Shown here in pieces: positions 1 to 9,614 of a DNA stretch of 64,000 nt (its first letter is position 1; the number at the start of each line of letters is the position of its first letter). Under the pieces are notes generated by a model. That model was given only the letters and a program-made list of their open reading frames with translations, made no database searches and was not told the DNA's origin. Origin of the DNA: Candidatus Levyibacteriota bacterium (lineage in GTDB: Bacteria; Patescibacteriota; Microgenomatia; Levybacterales; UBA12049); assembly GCA_041906785.1 (NCBI GenBank), contig JAYRIM010000023.1:64019-128018 (forward strand), read 5' to 3'. The position numbers were made by a program, and so were the translations under genes.

Positions 1-153
1 TTCGTCTGCAAATCCTATACCACAATCGACAATAAGAATTTCATCTTTATACTCGTAGACATAAAGATTTCTGGTGACATCTTCAATACCGCCTAGGGGG
101 ATAATTGAAACACTTTCTTCGTGGGGAATATTTTGTTGTTTGTTCTGATCCAT
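1..153 (-). CDS. rnj: Ribonuclease J, 5' part (runs off the left edge)
   Basis: My translation from ATG at 153: MDQNKQQNIPHEESVSIIPLGGIEDVTRNLYVYEYKDEILIVDCGIGFADE, matching the RNase J N-terminus (IPLGG..E...N......IDCG). Confidence 0.88.
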   Translation of the reverse strand, partial: MDQNKQQNIPHEESVSIIPLGGIEDVTRNLYVYEYKDEILIVDCGIGFADE

Positions 154-206
154 TCGCAGCTTTATTTTACCTTTCTTATGGTTAATTGTCAAAAGGCTAT
201 CTTACA

Positions 207-235
207 TTGACAGAAAAATTTCCACATGCAATACT
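207..235 (+). promoter_or_regulatory. sigma70-type promoter, probably leaderless
   Basis: TTGACA 207-212, 17-nt spacer, TG-N-AATACT 230-235; ATG follows 6 nt later at 242. Confidence 0.6.
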
Positions 236-241
236 TTACCC

Positions 242-841
242 ATGTCTCCCCAACCTCTCAATACAGAGAAACAATTACCTTCACCTCATGATATGCAGCT
301 GCCAATGTCTCATTGGCAGTTATTACGTAAACCAACCTTCTCTGAAAAGTATAGATATTTTAGATGGCTTTTAATTTTATTACTTCTACCCCTCCTTTTT
401 TTTCTACCCGTACCGTATTATCAGAATAAAGTACAATGTCCTACAGATCCTGTCTCACCATGCCCAAAGGAAGGTTTTTACTTTGGGTTATCATTATGGG
501 AGCAAGTTATAATGACAAGACAAATTTCTCCAAACAATGAAATTTATATTTCACCTACAGCTATTCCACTATCTCCAAAATCAAGTTCCAATGAACTTAT
601 TGTCATCGATTTAGCTAAGAAAGATTTAGCTGCTAGATTAAAAATTAATACTGAAGAAATACAAATACAGTCTTATAAAGAAGTTAACTGGAATGATTCA
701 AGCCTAGGATGCGCAAAGCCTGGAATGAATTATTTGCAAGTTATTACACCTGGATATGAAATAATTCTTGAGGCTAATGACCAGGAGTATAGCTATCATA
801 CAAATACACAAACACGCGTAGTACTTTGCGATTTACAATAA
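242..841 (+). CDS. Hypothetical membrane-anchored protein
   Basis: 199 aa, one hydrophobic helix, C-terminal WNDSSLGC..PG..YLQVITPGY extracellular-type motif. Confidence 0.75.
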   Translation: MSPQPLNTEKQLPSPHDMQLPMSHWQLLRKPTFSEKYRYFRWLLILLLLPLLFFLPVPYYQNKVQCPTDPVSPCPKEGFYFGLSLWEQVIMTRQISPNNEIYISPTAIPLSPKSSSNELIVIDLAKKDLAARLKINTEEIQIQSYKEVNWNDSSLGCAKPGMNYLQVITPGYEIILEANDQEYSYHTNTQTRVVLCDLQ

Positions 842-1963
842 TTACCAACTTGGAAGGAATTGTTTCACATTCTCTGCAGTGACACGAATAGGAGTAGAAG
901 CACCTTCGACAATTAATCTCGCAGCTTTACGACAAATACCAGATACTGTTCTTTCTAGGCTACGAATACCTGAATCATATCCTAATGGTCGGATGATTTG
1001 CATCCACAAATCCTCATCAATAGTAATATCGGTATCATTTAAGCCCATGTCGTCGCGAATACGTCTAAAAAGATAATTTTTTCCAATCGCCATTTTTTCT
1101 TCGTCAGTATATGAAGGCATTTGCAGTATTTGCATACGATCGAGAACAGCTGTTGAGACATTTGTGGTATTATTTCCTGTAGCAATAAATAGAACATTCG
1201 ACAGATCAAATGGATAGTCAATATAATGGTCTGTAAATGCTTTATTTTGTCCAGGATCTAAGAGTTCCAGTAATATACCCATAATATCCCCACGTGCGGC
1301 TTCTGTTACGCGATCAAGCTCATCAAGAAGAATAACAGGATTTCTGGTACCAGCATGAATGAGTTTTTTTATTACAGCACCTGGTTCTGCATCAGGAAAA
1401 GCTCGTGATTGTCCACGAATAACTCGCGAATCAGCCATTCCTCCGAACGGAATACGCTCAAATTGCCTACCAAGAGCTCTTGCAACGGAAATAGCTAATG
1501 TCGTTTTACCTGTACCAGCAAGTCCAACTAACATTAATACAGGCGCATGGCCAATAGATCTTCCTTTATTTCTTTGAAAGTTAAGAATAATTGTAGATAA
1601 ATATTCAAGAATCGCATTTTTAATATTTTCAATACCATAGTGATCCTCGTCGAGAACTTGTTTTGCTTTTTTGAGATCCAGAATATCTTGTGATTGTTTT
1701 TCCCAAGGCAAACTTGTTACCCAGTTAATATACGTCGAGGTACTTTCATATTCCGTAATATAGTTTGCGCTCATAAACCCTGATCCCTGTCGAATAAGCG
1801 CTAAACGAGCAACCCTATCAATAAGAATTTGTTTTATGTCTGCAGGCATTGGGGTTTGTTCAACTCTTTCGCCGAGTTTTCGTATCTGATCAGTAGAATT
1901 ATCAGTTAAACCTCCTTGTAATGGGGATGAAGCAGTAGTATCTTTTGGGGGAGATTGATCCAT
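842..1963 (-). CDS. Lon-family AAA+ ATPase lacking the N-domain and the protease domain
   Basis: LPWEK, LDEDHYGIENIK..ILEYL, Walker A GLAGTGKT, NPVILLDELD, LLELLDPGQN..FTDHY; ends after the alpha-domain; start placed at MDQSPP. Confidence 0.85.
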   Translation of the reverse strand: MDQSPPKDTTASSPLQGGLTDNSTDQIRKLGERVEQTPMPADIKQILIDRVARLALIRQGSGFMSANYITEYESTSTYINWVTSLPWEKQSQDILDLKKAKQVLDEDHYGIENIKNAILEYLSTIILNFQRNKGRSIGHAPVLMLVGLAGTGKTTLAISVARALGRQFERIPFGGMADSRVIRGQSRAFPDAEPGAVIKKLIHAGTRNPVILLDELDRVTEAARGDIMGILLELLDPGQNKAFTDHYIDYPFDLSNVLFIATGNNTTNVSTAVLDRMQILQMPSYTDEEKMAIGKNYLFRRIRDDMGLNDTDITIDEDLWMQIIRPLGYDSGIRSLERTVSGICRKAARLIVEGASTPIRVTAENVKQFLPSW

Positions 1964-1981
1964 GGGTATATTATACAAGAA

Positions 1982-2114
1982 GTATGAAAGGTATCAAATG
2001 TATCAAAAGTAAGGTGAAAGGGACAAATGAGACACAGGAGCCAAATGGGCCATAGGTTCTATCTATTTCTCTGATTTCCTTTGTCTCCTTTGACTCTTTG
2101 GTCCCTTCTGGTTC
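1982..2114. repeat. Degenerate 9-mer tandem arrays forming an inverted pair
   Basis: GTATCAAAN x3 (1982-2008); GRGMCAHAK x4 (2020-2055) facing six complementary units such as CTTTGTCTC (2061-2114). Confidence 0.75.
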
Positions 2115-2123
2115 CTGATCTTT

Positions 2124-4490
2124 TCAATAGTGGGCTTTGCGGCCATATGATGGTTTTCGCTGCTGTGTTCTCTCACGCTGAAATTGTCTTGATAAAGGAT
2201 GTGCGCTGCGCATTCTATCATCTCGGTCAAATCCTCTTCTTTCACCACGATCAAAATTCTGTCGATCTCCTCTATCAAAACTTCTTCTTTCTCCTCGATC
2301 AAATCCTCTTCCTCGTCCTTGTGGTCGACTACTTCTTTCTGGGCGTTCTCTATTACCTGAATCTGACTCCCCAGAATCATCGAGTAACATAGTTAAATTA
2401 ATTCTTCCTTGGTCATCAATCTCAATAACTTTTACAGTCACTTTCTGACCTAAACTGACAACTTCTTCTGGATGGTTTACAAAACCTTTTGCCATTTTTG
2501 AAACATGAACCATGCCTTCTTTTCCTGGTAAGAATTCCACAAAAGCTCCAAAAGGCAAAATGCGTTTTACTTCACCTTCATATACCTCACCTGGTTTTAC
2601 TTCTTTTGTGATGCCTTGAACCATGTTTAAAGCACTCTGTACTGATTCTTCAGAAGTACCAGCAATAGTAACTGTACCATCATCTTCTACATCAACAGTT
2701 GCACCTGTCGTAGCGATAATATTTTTAATAATCTTTCCACCCGGACCGATCAGTTCACCAATCTTATCAACAGGAATTTGTAATAACTCTATCTTTGGTG
2801 CAAACTCAGAAACTTCATCACGTGATTGTGGAATAGCTTTTAACATTTTTTCAAGAATACTCATTCTTGCAACCCGAGCTCTTTCAAATATTTGTTCTAT
2901 CTGTTCAACTGTTAAACCTGGAATTTTGACATCAAGCTGTATAGCTGTTACACCTGTATCTGTTCCAGCCACTTTAAAGTCCATGTCACCTGAAAAATCT
3001 TCAAGACCGATGATATCTGTGAGCAATACATATTCTCCTTCTTTTGTGGATCCATGAGGATATGACATCATTCCTACAGAAATACCTGCAACTGGTTTCG
3101 TAATAGGTACTCCAGCATCCATTAATGCTAATGTCGAACCACATGTTGATGCCATTGATGTTGATCCGTTTGATGAAGTTACTTCAGAAACGAGGCGAAT
3201 TGTATAAGGGAATTTTTCTTTACTAGGTATAACGGCTTCGAGCGCACGTTCTGCAAGGGCACCATGCCCGATTTCACGTCGAGACGTAAAACCGACTCTC
3301 CCTGCTTCTCCTACAGAGTAAGGGGGCATTGAGTAATGATGGATATATCTTTTAGACTCTTCTCCTTCTGCTGACTCTATCAGCTGTTCCATTCTTGGGG
3401 ATCCGAGTGTAGCAATAGTAAGAACTTGTGTTAATCCTCTTTGAAATATCGCTGAGCCGTGTGTACGAGGGAGTACTCCTACCTGGATATCAATCTGACG
3501 AACTTCATCCATAGCACGACCATCAACTCTTTTATTCTTTTTAACAACATCAGAACGAATTCCTTGGAATAAGACATATTCCAATGCCTTTGCGATAATC
3601 TTAGAATCAATTTCACTTTCTGGGTTAGCCATTTTTTCCTGTTCATAAATTTTTTTGACTAGATCTTGTTCTTCTGTACCCCCGAACTCTTTATTTGCTT
3701 TCGCTTTTGCTAATGCCGTAACCTCATCTTTATATGCTTTTTCGATTCGCTTTGCCATTTCAGCCATCAGGGCATTTGGATAAACCTGTACCTTCTGTTG
3801 TCCAACTTTCCCAACCAAATCGATAATAAAATTCAAGACTTTGTCAGTTTCCTCATGTGCACGTTTAATCGCTTCAAGCATAATCTTTTCTGACACTTGT
3901 TTCGCGCCAGACTCAATCATGACTGTTTTTCCTTTTACCTGAGATACGACTAAATCTAAATCAGAATATGCCATTTCTGTGGCTGTAGGATTAATAATAT
4001 ATTGTCCTTCATCATTTTCACCACGAACATATCCTACGCGAACTGCTCCAATAGGGCCATTCCAAGGGATAGGAGATGTTGCTATTGCCGCTGACACTGC
4101 ATTTATTGCGAGGATATCTGGTGCATGTTCACCATCAACTGATAAAACAGTAACCATCACTTGTACTTCACGTTTAAATTCTTTTGGAAAAAGGGGTCTA
4201 ATTGAACGGTCTATTAAACGACCAATAAGGATAGCTTCGTCAGAAGGTCTGCCTTCACGTTTTACCCAACGACTTCCTTTTATACGCCCTCCAGCATACA
4301 AACGTTCGACATATTCAACTGAGAGAGGGAAATAATCGAGCTCTGTTTCTTTACCTAATACAACTGTAGCCAGAACCATGGTATCACCAATTCGTCCCAA
4401 TACAGAAGCTGTTGCTTGCGGTGCAAGCTTACCCGTTTCTAAGGTTAATGTTTTCCCTGCAAATTCTAACGTTTCTGAGGTCTTAGTCAT
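2124..4490 (-). CDS. pnp: Polyribonucleotide nucleotidyltransferase (PNPase)
   Basis: RREIGHGALAERAL, SNGSTSMAS, GDMDFKVAGT, KH and S1 domains; R/G/D-rich tail. Confidence 0.98.
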   Translation of the reverse strand: MTKTSETLEFAGKTLTLETGKLAPQATASVLGRIGDTMVLATVVLGKETELDYFPLSVEYVERLYAGGRIKGSRWVKREGRPSDEAILIGRLIDRSIRPLFPKEFKREVQVMVTVLSVDGEHAPDILAINAVSAAIATSPIPWNGPIGAVRVGYVRGENDEGQYIINPTATEMAYSDLDLVVSQVKGKTVMIESGAKQVSEKIMLEAIKRAHEETDKVLNFIIDLVGKVGQQKVQVYPNALMAEMAKRIEKAYKDEVTALAKAKANKEFGGTEEQDLVKKIYEQEKMANPESEIDSKIIAKALEYVLFQGIRSDVVKKNKRVDGRAMDEVRQIDIQVGVLPRTHGSAIFQRGLTQVLTIATLGSPRMEQLIESAEGEESKRYIHHYSMPPYSVGEAGRVGFTSRREIGHGALAERALEAVIPSKEKFPYTIRLVSEVTSSNGSTSMASTCGSTLALMDAGVPITKPVAGISVGMMSYPHGSTKEGEYVLLTDIIGLEDFSGDMDFKVAGTDTGVTAIQLDVKIPGLTVEQIEQIFERARVARMSILEKMLKAIPQSRDEVSEFAPKIELLQIPVDKIGELIGPGGKIIKNIIATTGATVDVEDDGTVTIAGTSEESVQSALNMVQGITKEVKPGEVYEGEVKRILPFGAFVEFLPGKEGMVHVSKMAKGFVNHPEEVVSLGQKVTVKVIEIDDQGRINLTMLLDDSGESDSGNRERPERSSRPQGRGRGFDRGERRSFDRGDRQNFDRGERRGFDRDDRMRSAHPLSRQFQRERTQQRKPSYGRKAHY

Positions 4491-4513
4491 TTAGTTTTTG
4501 TATATTCCTTTCG

Positions 4514-4577
4514 TTCATTGTATACGTGGAGGTTTGGAGTTAGTATACTCTTTCAATCTACACTACGTATTCATGAA
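4514..4577 (-). other. Long imperfect hairpin in the rpsO-pnp spacer
   Basis: Minus-strand arms UUCAUGAAUACGUAG... and ...CCACGUAUACAAUGAA; position matches the RNase III leader hairpin of pnp in other bacteria. Confidence 0.5.
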
Positions 4578-4596
4578 ATGTCAATTAATAAAAAGC

Positions 4597-4866
4597 TTAG
4601 TCTTTTAATCCAATTTTTTTTAATATTCCTGATGCTCGTTTATCGTCAACCTTCTTAAGAAAATTAACCAGTCTGCGTCTCTTCGCAATCATTGATAATA
4701 ATCCCCTTCTACTATGTGTATCATGTAAATGCTGCTTTAAATGCTCTGCAAGGCGATTTATTCTATGGGTCAATAATGCAATTTGAACTTCAGGACTTCC
4801 TGTATCTCCATCTACTGTCTGAAAATCTTTAATAATTTGTTGTTTTTGTGTTAGGCTCAATGGCAT
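4597..4866 (-). CDS. rpsO: 30S ribosomal protein S15
   Basis: 89 aa, DTGSPEVQIALLT...HDTHSRRGLL. Confidence 0.98.
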   Translation of the reverse strand: MPLSLTQKQQIIKDFQTVDGDTGSPEVQIALLTHRINRLAEHLKQHLHDTHSRRGLLSMIAKRRRLVNFLKKVDDKRASGILKKIGLKD

Positions 4867-4931
4867 AGTCGTAATTATATCACAGAAAATCTGTTACCGG
4901 CAAGTAGGCAGACAGTTTAGCATATTTTTGC

Positions 4932-6065
4932 TTAAACGTTCGAAGATCCTTTATAGACTTTTGGCGTTAACCAATCAGTCGGAGGATTTATATCATCGAA
5001 ATTATTTTGCTGTTCCTGTGGTGGAAGAGTTACCTGCTGTAATTGTGGCTGTCTTTGCTGTACAGGCTGTTGTTGTGGTTGGGATTGCTGTTGATTTTGC
5101 TGAGCAGGTTGCTGCTGTTGGCGACGTTGATCAAACTGTGGTCTGCGATCCCTGTTATCATTTCTATCAGATTGACGTTGGTCGAATTGTCTTCTATCAC
5201 GATTATCTCGTTGCTGCTGAGACTGCTGTTGAGGTTGCTGTTGAACCACTGGGCGTTGTTGTTGAAAATTTCCTTGAGGTTGCGTCTGCGGTTGAGGTTG
5301 TCGCATTTGTTGTGTAGTTGTAGGCACTTGCTGAGTTCGTGAACGGACAGCTCCTTGTCTCATAAGAATACCTGCCATTTCAAAAGCTATGGGAGTTGTT
5401 CGTGGACTTTGGAAATTTTCTGTTCCATATGAAATACCATCAATAAGATTCTGAGCGATATCAACATCAAGTGGAGCTTTCAAGTCATTTAATACTTGAA
5501 CAATCTGTTCACTTACAGACGATGCTCGTGGATTTACAATAACAATATCGCCAAATCCTTGATTTTCTTGTTTATTATCGATGTTAACAAGTGTAACATT
5601 CTTTAACGCGTCAGGGCTAAATGCTGAATGAATATCTGCTAACCGTGGAGTACCAACCACAAAGAGTAAATCTAACTCACCATTTCCTCGGGTATAACGC
5701 ACATCTTGTTCACTGAATGTAAGGCCTTGGTCTCCAGCTTTAACGACAATATTCAGATACCCATTTTCGATCGTATATGATACTTTCTCGATGTCACCCT
5801 CACGATAGGGGAACGATACCACCAGATCAGCTCCTCCACCTTCATAACGAGTTTTTACTTTATCAACACCCACGAGGTTAGAGACTTCGACAATAGGTTC
5901 AGTAGCGGAAAGTACTGCAGTATTTTTACCCATAGCTTGGAGGGAGAGATAGAGAGAAAGAGCAGCAGCCATTTCATCAATTGAGGGCTCTTTACCCACT
6001 GCTACGGCTACTGATTTACTACGTTGTAGCGCTTCTTTTAGGCGCTGAAGTGTCGCATTGTCCAT
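4932..6065 (-). CDS. DHH/NrnA-like protein with degenerate motifs and Gln-rich tail
   Basis: DHH-fold layout (EPSIDEMAA, LVNIDNK, ASSVSEQI, IAQNLIDGISYGTENF) without DxD or DHH residues. Confidence 0.7.
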   Translation of the reverse strand: MDNATLQRLKEALQRSKSVAVAVGKEPSIDEMAAALSLYLSLQAMGKNTAVLSATEPIVEVSNLVGVDKVKTRYEGGGADLVVSFPYREGDIEKVSYTIENGYLNIVVKAGDQGLTFSEQDVRYTRGNGELDLLFVVGTPRLADIHSAFSPDALKNVTLVNIDNKQENQGFGDIVIVNPRASSVSEQIVQVLNDLKAPLDVDIAQNLIDGISYGTENFQSPRTTPIAFEMAGILMRQGAVRSRTQQVPTTTQQMRQPQPQTQPQGNFQQQRPVVQQQPQQQSQQQRDNRDRRQFDQRQSDRNDNRDRRPQFDQRRQQQQPAQQNQQQSQPQQQPVQQRQPQLQQVTLPPQEQQNNFDDINPPTDWLTPKVYKGSSNV

Positions 6066-6090
6066 ATATCCTATATTATAATTTGTTCAA

Positions 6091-7551
6091 TTATGCGACT
6101 GATATTATCATATCTCCTATAGTAATGTCAAGCTGGTGAGACAAAACTATCCCTGCCTCACCTTTTGTTACTTTTGAAGTTACATTTTTACCTACTCTTA
6201 AGGATTGAATAGTAGTTTCTCCTATTACTGTGTCACCACGAAGAACACGTATTTTATCTCCACGAACGATTCTTCCTTCAATAATGGAAATTCCATAAGC
6301 AAATGTCTTTTCAAATGGAAACTTTGCAAGGATTTTTGCTTTTCCTAGTTCAGTCTCAAGCTGCATTTGTTTTTTACCTTCTATAACATCGGCTATCTCG
6401 TCAAGCATTTCATAGATAATCTGATAATTTTTAATTAATACCTTTTCAGCCAAGGCTAACCTTTGAACCTCGGGACGTATTTTTACATTAAAACTCAATG
6501 CTAGAGCACCTGTGGCTTTTGCCTGTAGAACGTCAGCCTCGGTTACCTCACCAGTTTTTTGTGTAACGATAGTCACTTCCTTCGGCAGTGCGGCTACAAT
6601 AGCCTCGAGTGCACCTTCAGTATCAGCTGCTAAAATAAGATAGAGCGTATCACCATCTTGAGGCTTATGATAGAGAACATCTTCTGGTTTTCTTTCAGCT
6701 TCCTTAGCTGAAACTGTAACTTCAGCTTGTTTGGGAGTCACTATGCTTCCAACAGGTAAAACATCAGGAGCGCCTAGAATTTCTACTCCTTCTCCTACTG
6801 AGGCTTTATCAATAGGTTTTCCAAGATAATTCAGTACTGTCCTTAACCTGAATGTTTTTCCTTCACATGATACTTCTTCTCGTGTATGTAAGGTTCCTTG
6901 CTTAATAATAATCGTAGATTTAGCACCAGCGCGTGGATCGAGCTTTGATTCAATAACAATAGCCTTCAAGGCAGCAGAAGAAGAAGCTTTTTGATGAACT
7001 CCCCGCAGTTCAGATACTAATAAAATAAGATCAAGTAATTCTTTCATATTCTCACCTTTTTTTGCAGATACTTCTATAACAGGAATATCGCCACCATATC
7101 CTTCAAGAAGTACATTTTCACGAAGGAGTTGTTGTTTCACTTTTTCTACGTTTTTCGTTGGTAAGTCACTCATAGTTAACACAACGATAATAGGAAGATT
7201 TGCTGATTGAAGTAATTTTATACTCTCTCGTGTCTGTGGCATTACACCATCGACAGCAGAAACAATCAATAATCCAATATCAGCAGCTTGTGCTCCACGA
7301 CTACGCATGTTAGTAAATGCTTCATGACCTGGAGTATCGATAAACGTTATACGTCTCTTTTTACCTTCGTATTCCACTTCAACAGAAGATGATCCAATTC
7401 CTTGTGTAATACCACCATACTCGCGTTGAGCAACTGAAGTTTTTCTTAGAGCATCTAAAAGAGTAGTTTTACCATGATCGACATGACCTAATACAGTTAC
7501 AACTGGAGGAAAATCCCAATTTGTTTTCTGCTCTATATGTGTATTCTGCAT
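6091..7551 (-). CDS. infB: Translation initiation factor IF-2, short form
   Basis: PPVVTVLGHVDHGKTTLLD, ITFIDTPGHEAFTNMRSRGA, DGVMPQT; no N-terminal domain. Confidence 0.96.
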   Translation of the reverse strand: MQNTHIEQKTNWDFPPVVTVLGHVDHGKTTLLDALRKTSVAQREYGGITQGIGSSSVEVEYEGKKRRITFIDTPGHEAFTNMRSRGAQAADIGLLIVSAVDGVMPQTRESIKLLQSANLPIIVVLTMSDLPTKNVEKVKQQLLRENVLLEGYGGDIPVIEVSAKKGENMKELLDLILLVSELRGVHQKASSSAALKAIVIESKLDPRAGAKSTIIIKQGTLHTREEVSCEGKTFRLRTVLNYLGKPIDKASVGEGVEILGAPDVLPVGSIVTPKQAEVTVSAKEAERKPEDVLYHKPQDGDTLYLILAADTEGALEAIVAALPKEVTIVTQKTGEVTEADVLQAKATGALALSFNVKIRPEVQRLALAEKVLIKNYQIIYEMLDEIADVIEGKKQMQLETELGKAKILAKFPFEKTFAYGISIIEGRIVRGDKIRVLRGDTVIGETTIQSLRVGKNVTSKVTKGEAGIVLSHQLDITIGDMIISVA

Positions 7552-7586
7552 AATAATTCCTTCTTAAATGAAGCTTTCTACTGTAA

Positions 7587-7673
7587 TTTCCAATCACCAA
7601 TTGCAATTTTCGAATTAATTGACTAATTAACGAATTCATAATTAATTGGAAACTGGAAATTCGAGATTGGAAA
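7587..7673. repeat. Inverted heptamer arrays (TTTCCAA / TTGGAAA)
   Basis: tttccaa tcaccaa ttgcaa ttttcgaa ... ttggaaa ctggaaa ttcgaga ttggaaa between nusA and infB. Confidence 0.8.
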
Positions 7674-7698
7674 CTCTCCTATCGAATTTCATAAATGA

Positions 7699-8880
7699 TT
7701 ACTTAGTCTCCTCAGTTGGCGTTTGCACATCATTCGAGGTTTCAACTGTTTCTTCAGGAGTCTCAACTGCTTCAGTAGTTTTTACTTCTTCGCTTGCCGT
7801 GGTCACATCTTGGGTATCATCTTGAGTTGTCTGCGATGATGAATCTGTTTGTACATCTGAAGATGTTGATTCCTTCGCTTCAGTTTCTTCAGCTGGCGCA
7901 GCGGCCTCCGCTTCTTTTGCTGCTCCGGGCTCCTCTTTTCCTTCAATCTCTATACGATATCCTGTTAATTTTGAAGCTATTCGAACATTTTGACCATCTT
8001 TTCCAATTGCCAATGATAATTCTTCTTTTGGAACTGAAACAACTGCAAGTTTTTCATCCTCTTTTAGCGTCACACTGATATTTTTCGCTGGGGACAATGC
8101 TTGTGTGATATATACTTTCGAATCTTCAGACCACTGGATGATATCAATCTTTTCAATGCCACCAAATTCTTGAATAATTGCTTGCACACGGACACCTTTT
8201 TGGCCAACACAACTTCCAACTGGATCAATTCCTTGCTGATTTGATGCAACGGCGATTTTCGTCCTATTTCCTGCTTCTCTCGCGATTGCTTTAACAATGA
8301 CACTACCTTGGGCAACTTCAGGTACTTCTCGACGGAATAATCCTTCAATAAGCCCTGCATGAGATCGAGAAACAACAATTTCTTCACCTTTTAATCCTTC
8401 TCTAATCTCCTTAAGATACACTGCAAATCGTTGATTTAAGTGATATTTCTCTTGGGAGATCTGCTCTGTCGGGGGCATAATAGCTTCTGTTTTTCCAATA
8501 TCAACAATAATATTTTGGCCAGCAAACCGTAGTACCATTCCATTGACGACTGTTCCAATTTTTACTCGATAATCTGAAAAAATTGCTTCTTTTTCCTTTT
8601 CACGAATTTTCTGCAAGATAACTTGTTTCGCAGTTTGCGCGGCAATTCTTCCAAATCCAGGAGGTGTTACATCTTCATCATTATGAAAGATTCTAGCTTC
8701 ACCTGTAGATGAATTAAGTTCTGCACGGTATTCTTCAACCTCAACTCCTGGATGATCCTTTCTATAAGCAGCGAGAATCGCGTTTTTTACAGTCTCTAAA
8801 ACAACATTTGGATCGACTCCTCGCTCGGAAGCAACCTGATTAAGAGCTAACACAAATTCTGATCTTTGTACAACTGGCAT
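7699..8880 (-). CDS. nusA: Transcription factor NusA
   Basis: FGRIAAQTAKQVILQKIRE, IAREAGNRTKIAV, DPVGSCVG, LSLAIGKDGQNVR; start placed at MPVVQ. Confidence 0.97.
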   Translation of the reverse strand: MPVVQRSEFVLALNQVASERGVDPNVVLETVKNAILAAYRKDHPGVEVEEYRAELNSSTGEARIFHNDEDVTPPGFGRIAAQTAKQVILQKIREKEKEAIFSDYRVKIGTVVNGMVLRFAGQNIIVDIGKTEAIMPPTEQISQEKYHLNQRFAVYLKEIREGLKGEEIVVSRSHAGLIEGLFRREVPEVAQGSVIVKAIAREAGNRTKIAVASNQQGIDPVGSCVGQKGVRVQAIIQEFGGIEKIDIIQWSEDSKVYITQALSPAKNISVTLKEDEKLAVVSVPKEELSLAIGKDGQNVRIASKLTGYRIEIEGKEEPGAAKEAEAAAPAEETEAKESTSSDVQTDSSSQTTQDDTQDVTTASEEVKTTEAVETPEETVETSNDVQTPTEETK

Positions 8881-8939
8881 AGTAGGGTACAGTATAGCAA
8901 ATAAGCATGTTACGATCAACCGTAGGTTTCATATATAAG

Positions 8940-9614
8940 CTATTTTTCCTTTTTAAATAACTTATATTGTTGAAGAAGAAGAAAAAGAGCTGGCAATAAC
9001 AGAAGATAGAGAAAACCTACCGAACTACTGTGTTTAACTATATATTTATATGTAACATCACTAAAATAATAGAGAGCGATATTTGGCAGCTCAGAAAGTG
9101 CTGTCGCAAAGAAAAATATTCTAAAATTAATCTTACTTAGCCCTGCGATATAACTAATGAAATCCATAATAGGCGCTGTTGTCAAACGAATTCCCAAAAA
9201 TGCTAGAAATTCTTTTTTCCTTGAAACCTTTTCTTCCCAGGCATGTAATTGTTGGAGAGGTACAAAACGTGAAACTAATGGTTTTCGATATACTCGAGCA
9301 ATCCAAAAAGCTATCGATGCACCGATAATAATTCCTAAAAATGCGAATATATAAGACCACAACCATCCATAAATAGGAATTAATAAAAATGATAATATAC
9401 CCCCTGGAATGGGAGGAATAACTACTGCGAGGATACGCCAAATAATTACAATGATGGGAGCGAGAATAACGTGCGCAATTGCAAAAGCCACGATTTGTTC
9501 TTGATTTGCAGGAAACCAAAAAAGAAAAAAAATAATAAGCAAAGAAGTTATGAGAAAAGATATATTAATAAGTCCTCGGGATTTCATAGTAGTATTATCG
9601 GAGAACAAAGGCAT
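8940..9614 (-). CDS. VTT/DedA (TVP38/TMEM64) family membrane protein
   Basis: PPIPG..., G...GASIAFWIAR, IRL....DFISYIAGLS. Confidence 0.85.
   Translation of the reverse strand: MPLFSDNTTMKSRGLINISFLITSLLIIFFLFWFPANQEQIVAFAIAHVILAPIIVIIWRILAVVIPPIPGGILSFLLIPIYGWLWSYIFAFLGIIIGASIAFWIARVYRKPLVSRFVPLQQLHAWEEKVSRKKEFLAFLGIRLTTAPIMDFISYIAGLSKINFRIFFFATALSELPNIALYYFSDVTYKYIVKHSSSVGFLYLLLLPALFLLLQQYKLFKKEK

Noticed and set aside
4891-4915. CTGTTACCGGCAAGTAGGCAGACAG, resembling a CCTGCC..GGCAGG palindromic repeat
   Set aside because: Single degenerate copy with weak pairing; cannot be supported from this window.
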